Source of the DNA: an uncultured Hormoscilla sp.
Lineage (GTDB): Bacteria > Cyanobacteriota > Cyanobacteriia > Cyanobacteriales > Desertifilaceae
NCBI GenBank assembly: GCA_963921275.4
Contig: OZ001293.3
Span: forward strand, 1,632,001 to 1,696,000
Direction: 5' to 3'
Length of the DNA stretch: 64,000 nucleotides
Positions 11,203 to 21,863 of the stretch are shown in pieces. A program made the position numbers and the translations under genes. Below the pieces are notes generated by a model. It was not told the origin of the DNA and ran no database searches. It saw only the letters and a program-made list of their open reading frames with translations. Position 1 is the first letter of the stretch. Each line of letters starts with the position of its first letter.

Positions 11203-11424
11203 CAATAGTCCGGACCGTTTTGGCTGTACGTAGCTGCAAGCCTTGCGATGCACTCGGGGCGCGCTACTCGCACTACCCCTCGCGCATCGCAGCGTCAGCC
11301 TTTGCTCGATAGAGCAATTTTAGGCAAGTTAGCCCTGGGGCAGACATTGAAAAAAATAAGGCGCTTTTGGCTGCAACCCTTGTGTTGTAGTCGAAATAGG
11401 GTCTAAAAACTGTCCGGAGTATTG
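11203..11424. mobile_element. MITE
   Basis: TIR CAATAGTCCGGACCGTTTTT/AAAAACTGTCCGGAGTATTG with TTACAA on both flanks. A similar right end occurs near 61640-61661. Confidence 0.6.
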
Positions 11425-11539
11425 TTACAACAAATATACATTTTTATTCCAAATAGAGAGCCCGAGGGTGATTAATGCGGCAATGTCTGCTATGTATAAG
11501 AGAGTGTCGTAGCCTATCAATGGAAGTTGGGGGGGTGAA

Positions 11540-11830
11540 ATGCTGAATGTCATAGCAGAAGCGTTTTGTGCAAGAAAGTCCTGTTAGTGTCATGATGCGT
11601 GGCCTAATGGAACACATTTTTAATAGTAGGCATATAGACTCAATCTTTGAGCAACACGCTCTCAACCAATACACGGGAGAGTTGATGTTCTCAAATCTAG
11701 TAGATTTGATGAGAAAGCGTGGTCTGTGGCATTTTCAAGAGTGTAAATGCTACCTAGAGAGCTAAAGCAAAAGAGCTCCAATCGCCCATCGCGTAGCGTG
11801 CAACCATGGGCGCGCAATTGCAAGTTTGAT
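11540..11830 (+). pseudogene. IS4-family transposase remnant
   Basis: FVQESPVSVMMRGLMEHIF...QYTGELMFSNLVDLM resembles the N-terminus of cyanobacterial IS4 transposases. Confidence 0.55.
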
Positions 11831-12239
11831 GCCGACTGACGCTGCTTTGGGATAGACCGGTTGCCGATGATATCGCTAGTCAAGGTTTTGACACCCTCTT
11901 TCTGGAGACATTTGGCTACGGCAGAACACCGTTGTCGTATAGTCATCGTTTCCGATTTGAAGATTTACTTCGAATACGATACCAATCCCTGTGACCTGTC
12001 GCAGGGATTTTTTTCGAGAGTGTTTTTTTCTACACGTCCGGAAGCTGGATTTTTTGTCCCGCTTTACGTTGGTAGCCCATAAATTTATATTTTGGAGAGG
12101 TCTACTGCTGAAGCAGCAGGTCAACTTTCAGAAGAAAAAATGCGGCAAGGCGGTGACGGCGACACAAAATTGAGATGTACCCATAAGGTGGGCGATGCCC
12201 ACCCTACTTTGGTAGCGTACAGCTACAATAGAGACAGGC

Positions 12240-13037
12240 GTGATTAAGACAAAAACTATGCACTTAACTTGGTTAGACAGCAACTCCTGGCTGATAGAAA
12301 TAGGAGATAAACGCATACTCCTCGACCCCTGGTTAGTGGGAGACTTAGTCTTTGGCAACCTCACCTGGTTATTCAAAGGTTACCGACATCAGACCCGCGC
12401 CATTCCCGAAAACATTGATTTGATTCTCTTATCTCAGGGATTGGAAGACCACACCCATACCCCCACTCTCAAGCTGCTGGACAAGAATATTCCTGTGGTT
12501 GCTTCTCCTAATGCTGCTAAAGTAGTGCAAAAATTGGGATATAATCTGATTATATCCCTCGCTCACGGAGAAACATTCACTTATAATCAGACTGTGGAAA
12601 TCAAAGCTGTGCCCGGTTCACTCGTTGGTGTAAATATGGTGGAAAATGGCTATATACTCAAGGAAAGAGACCGGGGCTTGACGATCTATTATGAACCTCA
12701 CGGTTCTCATGATCCCAAACTGAAGTCCGCTGCGCCAATAGATGTAGTGATGACTCCGATAGTTGACGTAGCACTGCCCCTGGTGGGACCAATAATTAAG
12801 GGAACGTCGAGTGCCCTAGAACTGGCAAAATGGGTACAACCCCAAGTGATGCTCCCCACTGCTGCTGGCGGGGATGTAGTTTTTGAGGGATTGCTGAATT
12901 CTCTGTTACGTGCTAAAGGAAGTATTGAGGAATTTCGCGAGCAGCTGAAGGCAAATGGTCTGGATACCAGGGCGATCGCACCAGAACCAGGTGATCGCAT
13001 TGAACTAAAATTAGATCTGGTTCGTAGTAAGGACTAA
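12240..13037 (+). CDS. MBL-fold metallo-hydrolase
   Basis: Motifs ILLDPWL, LSQGLEDHTH and YYEPHG. Confidence 0.85.
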   Translation: MIKTKTMHLTWLDSNSWLIEIGDKRILLDPWLVGDLVFGNLTWLFKGYRHQTRAIPENIDLILLSQGLEDHTHTPTLKLLDKNIPVVASPNAAKVVQKLGYNLIISLAHGETFTYNQTVEIKAVPGSLVGVNMVENGYILKERDRGLTIYYEPHGSHDPKLKSAAPIDVVMTPIVDVALPLVGPIIKGTSSALELAKWVQPQVMLPTAAGGDVVFEGLLNSLLRAKGSIEEFREQLKANGLDTRAIAPEPGDRIELKLDLVRSKD

Positions 13038-13229
13038 AGTCCTTCAGGTTCGTAGTAAGGACTAAAGTCCTTACCAGCGTGAACCGGCTCCGGACATGGG
13101 TGGCTAGTAGGTGAAGTTGGGCAAGAGGAGGGAGATGGAACAGCAACCCTAGGGGAAGGGAAACAAATACGGTGCTGCTGTGTCAGTAGTAAGGAATAAT
13201 AGGATAAAGACAACCTGAGTACAAGTACC

Positions 13230-14180
13230 ATGAAAGCTGAACCCATTATGTTGTCTGTGATGTCTGCCTGGTTGCTCGCTGCTCCCCAGGTAATCAGCGC
13301 CCACCCGCCCACCATGCTAGCCCAATTCGGTGGGGTCGAAGAGCAGACGAGCATAGATGTCTATCAAAAGGCTAGCCCGGGTGTGGTGACAATTAAAGCT
13401 GGTAGGAGTTCTGGGTCTGGAAGTATTATCGCTGCTGAAGGGCTGGTTTTAACCAACGAACATGTGGTCAGAGACTCTCGCAGTGGTCGAGTTTCGGTGA
13501 AAACTGCTAACGGGAGGGCCTACACGGGTCAGGTAATTGCCACAGACAAAAAGAACGATCTGGCCCTGGTGCGACTGAATGCCAATCAGCGTTTACCGAT
13601 CATTTCTCTGGCCAATGCTAATAGCATTCGCGTGGGTCAGCAGGTTTATGCGATCGGGAGTCCCTTTGGACTAGAGGGAACCTTGACTACCGGAATTCTC
13701 AGCCGCATAGATGAGAAAGATGGAGATTTGCAAACGGATGCGGCCTTGAACCAAGGGAACTCCGGAGGACCGCTGCTGAATTCCCGGGGTGAACTGATTG
13801 GGGTGAACAAATCGATTATTAGCTCCAGCCGCGAGGGAGGTAATATTGGGATTGGGTTTGCTACCAGTGTGCGCGTAGCCCGAGATTTTATTGCCCGCAA
13901 CGCTAGTATCGATATTAATCCAGATCGACTTTATGAATCTGCAGGCGATCGCCCTCGCCTGGGGGTGACTGTAAATCAGAGAATGATGGTGCTGCAGGTA
14001 GATCGGGGATCGCCAGCAGAGAGGGCGGGACTGATGGACGGCGACAGGCTGGTAGGAATTAACGGCCAGAGGGTGAGAAATATAGATGATGTCAAGAGTT
14101 TTCTCGATCGCCGTCCCGGGTCCATTGTGTTAATATACATCCGTAATGGTAGTCGCGCTCGGACTCAGGTCAATTTTTAA
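13230..14180 (+). CDS. Trypsin-like S1C serine protease with PDZ domain
   Basis: Triad motifs LTNEHV, DLAL and NQGNSGGPL; C-terminal GSPAERAGL PDZ signature. Confidence 0.92.
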   Translation: MKAEPIMLSVMSAWLLAAPQVISAHPPTMLAQFGGVEEQTSIDVYQKASPGVVTIKAGRSSGSGSIIAAEGLVLTNEHVVRDSRSGRVSVKTANGRAYTGQVIATDKKNDLALVRLNANQRLPIISLANANSIRVGQQVYAIGSPFGLEGTLTTGILSRIDEKDGDLQTDAALNQGNSGGPLLNSRGELIGVNKSIISSSREGGNIGIGFATSVRVARDFIARNASIDINPDRLYESAGDRPRLGVTVNQRMMVLQVDRGSPAERAGLMDGDRLVGINGQRVRNIDDVKSFLDRRPGSIVLIYIRNGSRARTQVNF

Positions 14181-14188
14181 GTAAAACT

Positions 14189-15352
14189 ATGGGCATCGCC
14201 AAGGCAATTGCTGACTGGTTAGAAGGTCGTTGGGTGACTCCCGCCTATGCGGGTTGGCTGCTAGCAGGACTGACCCTCTGTTTCTTGGCAGCAGCAGCTA
14301 ACACAATGGTAGGCTGGCTCTACGTGCTGAGTGGGATCGCGATAGCTCTGTTGGCAATTGCGGCGATATTGCCTCCCCGATCGCTCGTCGGCATTCAGGT
14401 CAAGAGAAGTCCCATCCCCCCGGTGAGTACGGGCGATCGCCTGACGATCTCCATCGCGATTGAAAATCAGACTCTGCAACCGAAAACTCTGCTGGAAGTT
14501 CGCGACATTCTGCCCTTTGTCCTGGGGGAACCAGCAGAAGAGGCGATCGACCTAATTCCTCCCCAAGGGGTCTTCAAGTGGGTTTACTACTATCAGACCC
14601 AAAAACGGGGGATTTACCGCTGGCATCGGCTAGATTTGAGAACAGCAACCCTTCTAGGGTTGTTTTGGTGTCGGCGATCGCGGGATGCTGAAGCCAGGGC
14701 AATTGTATATCCTCAGGTATTACTCCTGAGCAATTGCCCAATTATCGATCGCATGGGCGAAAAAGATGCCCTCAAATTTAGGAGCGATCGGCGAGGTTTC
14801 CAAAACGCCAGCGAAGGACTAACACGTGCCTTACGACCTTACCGGGTCGGGGATCCCTTTCGTTTAATCCATTGGCGTACCAGTGCTCGTCACGGGGAAC
14901 TGTTAGTGCGAGAATTAGAAGTAATGACGGGCGGTCAAGAAGTAATCATCTGCTTGGATACAGCTTTTACCTGGAATAGCGATGATTTTGAACAAGCAGT
15001 AATAGCTGCTGCATCTCTATACTTTTATGCTTCGCGGCGTCAGATGAACGCGAGACTCTGGACAGCAGCAACAGGTTTACTGCAAGGATATCGGGTAGTG
15101 TTAGAAGCTTTGGCAGCAACTAATTTTAATGAAGAAGTGAAAACTGATAGTTACTTACCCGATCAGCCTGCAGTATGGTTGACACAAAATCCTGATAGTT
15201 TAAATGGGTTGCCCATAGGGAGTCGCTGGGTATTGTGGAGACCAGATGACTCAGAACCTACCGAGACAAACTTGGTGAATAATGATTATCTCGGTTTGAC
15301 GATCTATCGAGAAGAAGAACTAGCAACTCAGCTGCAAAAGCGGCTATGGTAA
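14189..15352 (+). CDS. DUF58 domain protein
   Basis: Motif LRPYRVGDPFRLIHWRTSARHGELLVRE; N-terminal TM segments. Confidence 0.88.
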   Translation: MGIAKAIADWLEGRWVTPAYAGWLLAGLTLCFLAAAANTMVGWLYVLSGIAIALLAIAAILPPRSLVGIQVKRSPIPPVSTGDRLTISIAIENQTLQPKTLLEVRDILPFVLGEPAEEAIDLIPPQGVFKWVYYYQTQKRGIYRWHRLDLRTATLLGLFWCRRSRDAEARAIVYPQVLLLSNCPIIDRMGEKDALKFRSDRRGFQNASEGLTRALRPYRVGDPFRLIHWRTSARHGELLVRELEVMTGGQEVIICLDTAFTWNSDDFEQAVIAAASLYFYASRRQMNARLWTAATGLLQGYRVVLEALAATNFNEEVKTDSYLPDQPAVWLTQNPDSLNGLPIGSRWVLWRPDDSEPTETNLVNNDYLGLTIYREEELATQLQKRLW

Positions 15353-15545
15353 TGGAACAAAATCGCGCTTTTGAACAAACTAATCTCCTCTTGATTCTTC
15401 CCGGATAAAAGCCCAAGCAATTATGCCCAGCAGCAACAGGCCAATAATAATAGGAATGCCGATGCTAATCACTGTCACTTACTCCTGTTAACTCGATTAA
15501 CTCGTTAACTCGTTGCCTGGTTAGACTCGTTCTATCACATTTCCA

Positions 15546-15917
15546 CTACTTGCTAGCTCTCCCAACTAAGTAACTGAGAAGACTGCTGACCGTTGCAGTA
15601 AGAGCAGCAATAGCAAACCTCACTTTACTTTCTGAAGATGTATCTAGCTGAAGAATTGTGAAAGCATAAATGTCAATACGCAAAACGATCAAAACTGCCA
15701 GCAAAAAGATAATAATATCCTTGCTTTGGTTTAAGATGAAGATAAACCACTCTTTCCTAAGCTCCTGTCCTGCCTTAATCTCTCGCAGCTTGCGATCAAA
15801 ATCTGCTTCCTCTTGAGACTGAGCAGCTAATTGAATAGAAAGATCATCTTTGCTACTCTGTTTGTCTCGGACAACTTGGTCGAAAAAAAATTTAACTTTG
15901 TCGGGAATGTTTTGCAC
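15546..15917 (-). CDS. Hypothetical membrane protein
   Basis: 123-aa ORF with two C-terminal hydrophobic segments; abuts the upstream ORF. Confidence 0.55.
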   Translation of the reverse strand: MQNIPDKVKFFFDQVVRDKQSSKDDLSIQLAAQSQEEADFDRKLREIKAGQELRKEWFIFILNQSKDIIIFLLAVLIVLRIDIYAFTILQLDTSSESKVRFAIAALTATVSSLLSYLVGRASK

Positions 15918-16144
15918 TATGATACCAATGAATGTGTTTGTTCAACTTGCTCTGGCTCGATAATTTTGATTTCCTTGCCCTCTTCTAAAGCTTTTACTGC
16001 TACCTCAAACAAAGAGATAGCCTTTTGCAGGACATCAGCTTTGTCACTATCTATCTTTTGAGCAAGACTGTCTAAAGTAGCATAAAGTTGGGGTGACATT
16101 TCCATAATGAGCTTGATTTTTTCTTGTGTAGCCATTGGCTCCAC
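15917..16144 (-). CDS. Ribbon-helix-helix (CopG-like) protein
   Basis: LIMEMSPQLYATLDSLAQ...KADVLQKAISL pattern. Confidence 0.65.
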   Translation of the reverse strand: MEPMATQEKIKLIMEMSPQLYATLDSLAQKIDSDKADVLQKAISLFEVAVKALEEGKEIKIIEPEQVEQTHSLVS

Positions 16145-16664
16145 CTCTCCTTGCTAATATACATTCTGTCCGCGAGTCCAGCACGGATATTTCCGAGAGC
16201 GCGTTCATTTTCATTTTAGCAATCGTCCCCATAGATATCAAGTCTGGTTATATAGCACTCCTATCGGATCGCGCAGCGTAGCGACAGCGTGCAGCCATGT
16301 CTTTATGCAATAGGTCCCGATCTGCTACCGATGTTCCGGGCCCGCAACAGCACTTCATCGTCAGAACTCGCCGTCCCAATCCACTCAGGAGTTACCAGGT
16401 TTCTCGGTTTTCATGATTGTCGATTGCTATAATTATATTATCACTGTTTGCAAAAAATTTGTCAACCAGACATATTTTTCCAGAGCGATCGCTCCCACGA
16501 GATGCCGATCGCAGCGTGGCGCAGCCATAGGCGGGCTGACAGCGAAGTCGGAGAACTTTCGCGGAATAAGTGTAGTAACCTTTTTTATAAATGGTATAAT
16601 TACCTCACTTCGCTATCCGCCGGGGTTGAAACCCGGGATGACAACAAACTAATATTATCGGATG

Positions 16665-17546
16665 TTATTTGGGCGGCGAGGGTTCGGGGCTGAGAATCAT
16701 CAGTTGATTCCCCTTACCGCTGTGCTGAATGACTACTACTGGGGGACGCGCTTCTGGCGGGGCGTCTTTGGGAAGAGTAGGGAAAATATAAAACTGACTG
16801 TTGCTGTTTATCAGTAAGCGCCACACAATGATATCGGAGGAGTTGGAGTCAGTTGTATTGTTAAGTTCTCGTCCTATCAACTGTTCGTATAATCGCCTGT
16901 CCCCTATTACCCGGAAGTTTTTGGGAAAGGGGTCTATTGTTTCGTTGTTGAGTTGGCGTCCTAATCCTAAACTATCCTCTTTGGTGACGAGAGTAATAAC
17001 AGGTAAGGTAGAAGTATCGTTGACCGCATCCCGTCGGGCGTCAAGATATCCCTGGGTACGGGCGAGGAAAAATAGGACAGTTAATACCCAAGCTACTACT
17101 ACGATCTCCCGGAAGAAAGCCCGATCGTAACTGATGGGCTGAACTTGTGGCAACCTTTGCAGTAGGCGAGTTATCCGACGATGTCCTTGGTTCAGACTCC
17201 ATTGACTGAGGGTCCACCGCCACTGCATGAAAATTCTGGCTGGTTTGGTAGTGACGAACTGAATTACCCGTAAGGTCAGTTTAATTAGATTAGGTGTTAA
17301 AATCAGCGCTAGAATAGTCCTGAAGAGGGTGCTGAAATCTCCCATAGCGAAGTTGCCAAATAATACCTGGATCGGAACGATAAAAAATGACTCAATGGGC
17401 AGATCGAAGCTGGTAACATTTACCTTGAAAAAGGCGAAGTAAGCCCAGCGATATATCCAGCCAGTAAAGTAGAGGGCTGCTGCAAGTAAGCCGACGATAC
17501 TGGTAAATTTACCTAAGAGATTCGATGATTCGTTGGATGTAGACAC
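16665..17546 (-). CDS. Hypothetical membrane protein
   Basis: 293-aa ORF; LYFTGWIYRWAYF and several TM segments. Confidence 0.7.
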   Translation of the reverse strand: MSTSNESSNLLGKFTSIVGLLAAALYFTGWIYRWAYFAFFKVNVTSFDLPIESFFIVPIQVLFGNFAMGDFSTLFRTILALILTPNLIKLTLRVIQFVTTKPARIFMQWRWTLSQWSLNQGHRRITRLLQRLPQVQPISYDRAFFREIVVVAWVLTVLFFLARTQGYLDARRDAVNDTSTLPVITLVTKEDSLGLGRQLNNETIDPFPKNFRVIGDRRLYEQLIGRELNNTTDSNSSDIIVWRLLINSNSQFYIFPTLPKDAPPEARPPVVVIQHSGKGNQLMILSPEPSPPK

Positions 17547-17856
17547 AGAAGGAATAATAATCTATATTAGAAACAGTATAGTAGTGCAAAGGCAAGTCAA
17601 TATCATGAAAGTATTCTTCGAGATACTCGTCATTGTCATGCTCGCGACCACGTCGGGATCCTGTTATAACTGGACATCTTCGCCTGTAACAGAGCCTGTA
17701 ACAGAGAAAGAGAATGTCAGGGAAGCACCCAGCCACCGCAACAGTCCCACTGTAGCGCAGAATAGACGAGAAAAACCCCCTATTCCCCTGTCCTTGCCGA
17801 AGAATGCACGAGTTTCCTGGATGATGGAACCTCCCGATCGGGTCAGGTGGTAGGGA

Positions 17857-18453
17857 TTGATGGGGCAAGAGTTAACAATTGAGGCAGGGAATAGCCGTCG
17901 CTCACTTCCCATTGACCAAATTGACCATGTCAAGCTTGAAGGTGATATGTCGTTTCCTAAGCCTGATCGGCCTCTTAAGGTTCCTGATGTCATCTATGAC
18001 GATCCGATGCCGAGTCTCTATGACCCAGATGAGGAATTGACACTACAGGAAAGGCGGCCTAATTCAACTGAAGGTGATATGTGGTTTTCTAAGCCTGATC
18101 CGCCTCTTAAGGTTCCTGATGTCATCTATCACGGTCCGATGCCGAGTCTCTATGACCCAGATGAGGAATTGACACTACAGGAAAGGCGGCCTAATTCAAC
18201 TGAGGTTTTTCTAGTCAAATTTCTAGTCCGAATAGATGGGTTTGAATGGGAAGACTCCGAACGTGGTATTGCCAGGATCAAGCCAGAAGCGGTGGTGCAA
18301 GTCGATGGGCGATCGGGGATTCCTCGTGCAATGCAGGGACGTATCCTCCGTGGTGACAGCCGCTATGTGGTGAGGGAGATGCGGTTTTTCCCAGAAGAGG
18401 GACAGATGAAGATTACAGCGGCTCTTCTGCGTCCTCGCCTGGGAGACTCTTAG
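17857..18453 (+). CDS. Hypothetical protein with a 132-bp (44-aa) tandem duplication; likely the 3' part of a broken gene starting near 17605
   Basis: Repeat copies start at 17938 and 18070. The upstream ORF has a lipoprotein-like signal. Confidence 0.5.
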   Translation: MMGQELTIEAGNSRRSLPIDQIDHVKLEGDMSFPKPDRPLKVPDVIYDDPMPSLYDPDEELTLQERRPNSTEGDMWFSKPDPPLKVPDVIYHGPMPSLYDPDEELTLQERRPNSTEVFLVKFLVRIDGFEWEDSERGIARIKPEAVVQVDGRSGIPRAMQGRILRGDSRYVVREMRFFPEEGQMKITAALLRPRLGDS

Positions 18454-18530
18454 CCTTAGGAAATCCCGTTCCTTCAGAACCGCAACATCTGCCAGGGGCT
18501 GAGGAAGAAGCCAGAAAAATTCATCAAATC

Positions 18531-19031
18531 ATGGCCGGAAAATTACTTCCCGGCTTCCACGCCACCCTGGACGCCTTCAAGCTGGAAGCACCTCAGTCTC
18601 AGTTACTGCATCTGGCGACTCACGGCTGTTTTCAAAAGGCCGGTTGTCCCAAATTGCAGATGGAAGAGAATACCTTGCTATTTGCCGATCGAAAACTCAA
18701 CATTAGCGATGCGGCGCTGCTGGGACTAGAAAACGTTGATTTAATCGCCCTCAGCGCCTGTCAAACCGCAATGGAAGCGGACTCCAACGGGGAAGAAATA
18801 GCGGGACTAGCCTATCTATTTGAACGGGCGGGTGCGGGTGCGGTGATGGCGAGTCTCTGGAATGCCGACGACGAAATCACCAAGGAAATGATGGTGGAGT
18901 TTTACCAGCATCTGAAAGATGGGAAGATGAGCAAAGCGGAAGCGCTGCAAAAGGCGAAGCTTGCCCAGATTGACAAGTACCAGCATCATTCCTCTTGGTC
19001 CCCGTTTATTCTGATTGGTAATGGAAGCTAA
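18531..19031 (+). pseudogene. CHAT domain (caspase-like) C-terminal fragment
   Basis: Motifs LHLATHG, ALSACQTA, ASLW and WSPFILIGN; no N-terminal region. Confidence 0.75.
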
Positions 19032-19154
19032 GCAATTCAAAATTCTAAATCGTAGGTTGGGTTGAGGCACGAAACCCAACCATCATACATTTCTGAATAT
19101 ATCGCCATCCATTCCCAATTTACCATTCTCAATTTACCATTTAGGATAAAAAAT

Positions 19155-19526
19155 ATGTCATTACCAGCGGAATTTTGGCAAGGGATCGAGCAATTCAACC
19201 AGCAAGCGTTCTACGCCTGTCACGATACTCTGGAAGCCTTATGGATAGAAGCCTCAGAACCAGAGAGAACTTTTTATCAAGGCATTCTGCAAATTGCTGT
19301 CGCCATCTATCATCTCGGCAATGATAACTGGCGGGGTGCCGTTCTCCTCCTGGGAGAAGGCATTTCTCGCCTCAGCCGTTACCTACCTGACTATGCAGGA
19401 CTTGATATCAATGAATTGCTAACTGAGAGTAAAGAACTCCTAAAGCAGTTGCAACAAGCCGGACCGGAAAATGTTAATTCAACTACTTGGAAATATCCCC
19501 AAATTGTTAAGATAGTTGATAGATAG
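19155..19526 (+). CDS. DUF309 protein
   Basis: Motif FNQQAFYACHDTLEALW...FYQGILQIAVA. Confidence 0.88.
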   Translation: MSLPAEFWQGIEQFNQQAFYACHDTLEALWIEASEPERTFYQGILQIAVAIYHLGNDNWRGAVLLLGEGISRLSRYLPDYAGLDINELLTESKELLKQLQQAGPENVNSTTWKYPQIVKIVDR

Positions 19527-19636
19527 TAGGGTGGGCACCAGAAGCTATCTGTAACGAATAGTCGGGATGCGCCCATTCTGTCAGAATTGGTAACATCAGT
19601 TTACACTAGAACTTAAAGTCAAATCCCAAAAATCAC

Positions 19637-19954
19637 ATGGCACTCGCACAAACAGAACATAGGTATATACAACTAAGAGAGCCTGGGGTTCCGATCGTTG
19701 AGGGAACTTCTATGAAAGTAGCAGAACTGATTACCTCCGTCAAAGCCTACGGCTGGAGTCCCGAAGAATTGCTCTCAAATTACCCACACCTAACCATGAG
19801 CAAGATCTACTCAGCTTTAGCCTACTACTAGGACCACAAAGAGGAAATTGATGCTGACATAGACAGGCGGGAGCAGTATGTTAAGCAGTTAGAACTAGAA
19901 GCGGGCGAATCAGCCTTTGCAGCCCACCTCCGCGCCCAAGGGTTACTACAATTA
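19637..19954 (+). pseudogene. DUF433 antitoxin with a premature stop
   Basis: Motifs GVPIVEGT...GWSPEEL...YPHLT...SALAYY. TAG at 19829-19831, after which the frame continues as DHKEEID. Confidence 0.8.
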
Positions 19955-20298
19955 GTTTATCGCTCTATATGGATGAAAACGTCCCCATCGCCATTACAAG
20001 AGGATTGCGATCGCGAAATGTCGATGTTCTGACAGCCCAAGAAGATGGACTTACTAGCTTTCCCGACAATGTTATATTCGATCGGGTAACTGAACTAGGA
20101 AGGCTAGTCTTTTCACAAGATAGAGACTTTTTAGTTGAGGCAAGACGCCGTCAAGCTGAAGGGATCGATTTTCCGGGAGTCATCTATGCCCGTCAATTTC
20201 GCGTCGCCGTTGGTGATTCTGTACGTGACTTGAAGATGATTGCCAAATTGGGTAATCCTCAAGAGTTTGCCAATCAGGTTATATATCTGCCTTTATAG
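19951..20298 (+). CDS. DUF5615 PIN-like toxin; original start codon apparently mutated to ATT
   Basis: (I)SLSLYMDENV...DVLTAQEDG...FSQDRDF. Confidence 0.75.
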   Translation: MSLSLYMDENVPIAITRGLRSRNVDVLTAQEDGLTSFPDNVIFDRVTELGRLVFSQDRDFLVEARRRQAEGIDFPGVIYARQFRVAVGDSVRDLKMIAKLGNPQEFANQVIYLPL

Positions 20299-20444
20299 CA
20301 CGATCGCGATCCTAAGAGAGTAGCCCATCTCCTGCATGGCATTTCGTAATGACATTGCTTTGTTTGTGTAGCCCTACTCTAGCTGCTGCGCAGCAGTTTC
20401 CTATGATTGTTGGGGCCTGGTGGTAGCTTGATGGCGATTAACAA

Positions 20445-21484
20445 TTAACAATCTCCAGGTTTATAAACTGCCCCCAAAGAACGAGCGCGATTAATTTCCA
20501 CTACTAAATCTACCAACTCGGGATTGCTAATCAGAGGTTTAACGAACAGTTCGGGATGGAGACTGCGCCAAAAATATTGCACGAATTCATCAATTATAGC
20601 ATCGGTCATTCCTGACTTGCCAGCCGCGATCGCTTCCCGTTCGGCCTGCTGGCGCCATTCCCTAGAGAGACGGTAATCAGTCGGGTACAGCACTAGCAAA
20701 CGGTCTAAATATTCCCAGAGGGGTAAATACTCCTGTAGCCTTTCATTCATGTCGCGGGCAAATTGGCGATCGCCTGCTGTAATAATAGGCGAAGGTGGAG
20801 AAGCGAAAGCCCCAGGGTCGATCGGCCTGACACCCACAAACCAACCTTCAAACAAGACAATATCAATATCTTGTCCAACTTCTGGTGCAGTGCGATCGCC
20901 CTCGCCTCCCCAAGCAGACTTATCAAAGCGAGGAATTTCCACCTGGCCTTTTGCGTCACGCAGCTGCTGCAAAACTGCCATTCCCAACTTAACATCATGG
21001 GTTCCCGGGGGACCGCGCCAGACCAGACAGGGGTCTTGTTGCTTCAACTGTTGGCGTTCGGCATAGGTTAAATACAAATCATCGATGGAAAGACTGAGGC
21101 TATTGTATCCCAGTTGCTGTAGAATTAACTTCAGCACAGATCCTAGGGTCGTTTTGCCAGTGCCCGTCCTCCCAAAATGCCCTGGACTAGGGGCCGATCG
21201 CTCTGTTGTCTGGCTGTTCCTAGCTGCATCCCTAAAGGTAACCACAGGTTCCAGAGAGTTGACAGCAGCAGATTTTCCGGGATCTGGGGACATAACCGCT
21301 GCACTTCGGGATATACTGAACGTAAAAGCTGCGATCGCCCTTTAACGATCGTACTCGCATTTGCTGGGGTAATGCCAAAGGCCCGGGCCCTGGACTCATC
21401 TGCGATCGCCTCTAGTCCCAGCACCTGCCAGTCCGCTAAATTTAATTGTTCTCCTGTTACCAACTGTATGAGAATATCTAACAT
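20445..21484 (-). pseudogene. Plant-type glycerate 3-kinase, frameshifted in the P-loop
   Basis: GILGG in one frame and GTGKTT in another (1-nt loss near 21166). Also SIDDLY, RGPPGTHD and FEGWFVG. Confidence 0.85.
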
Positions 21485-21819
21485 CAGGAATTCAGCTTAA
21501 AAGCCTCAACGAACAAACCGTAAGTCAGACCAATTTTCAGCCCATTCAGCACCTCCGCCCATAAAATGCCCCTCAGTTGCTGCCCGCGACCGTAAATAAT
21601 CCTACTGGCCAACTCTGTTAATAGTACCATAATTGCGGCCACCACCATATCCTGCTCAGCCCTCTGTCCCGAGAAACTAGACACCACCGATGCCAGTAGG
21701 AAACCGAACAGCAAACTAATTACCAGCAAGGATAAGCGCCGCCAAGGATTGCGCAATCCTCTATTGAGCCGATCGCCCGCGTCATCTATAATTCTATTGA
21801 GGCGGGTATTCTGTGTCAT
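21484..21819 (-). CDS. DUF565 / Ycf20-like protein
   Basis: Motifs QNTRL...NPWRR...KIGLTYGLFVEAFKL. Confidence 0.88.
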   Translation of the reverse strand: MTQNTRLNRIIDDAGDRLNRGLRNPWRRLSLLVISLLFGFLLASVVSSFSGQRAEQDMVVAAIMVLLTELASRIIYGRGQQLRGILWAEVLNGLKIGLTYGLFVEAFKLNS

Positions 21820-21863
21820 GCCAATTTATGGGTAGAATGAGAAACTAATGACTGGTAAAAACA

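Noticed and set aside
17938..18205. DGR template/variable repeat pair
   Set aside because: The two 132-bp copies are tandem and in frame, the differences are not adenine-specific, and the RTs in the window are group II intron type.
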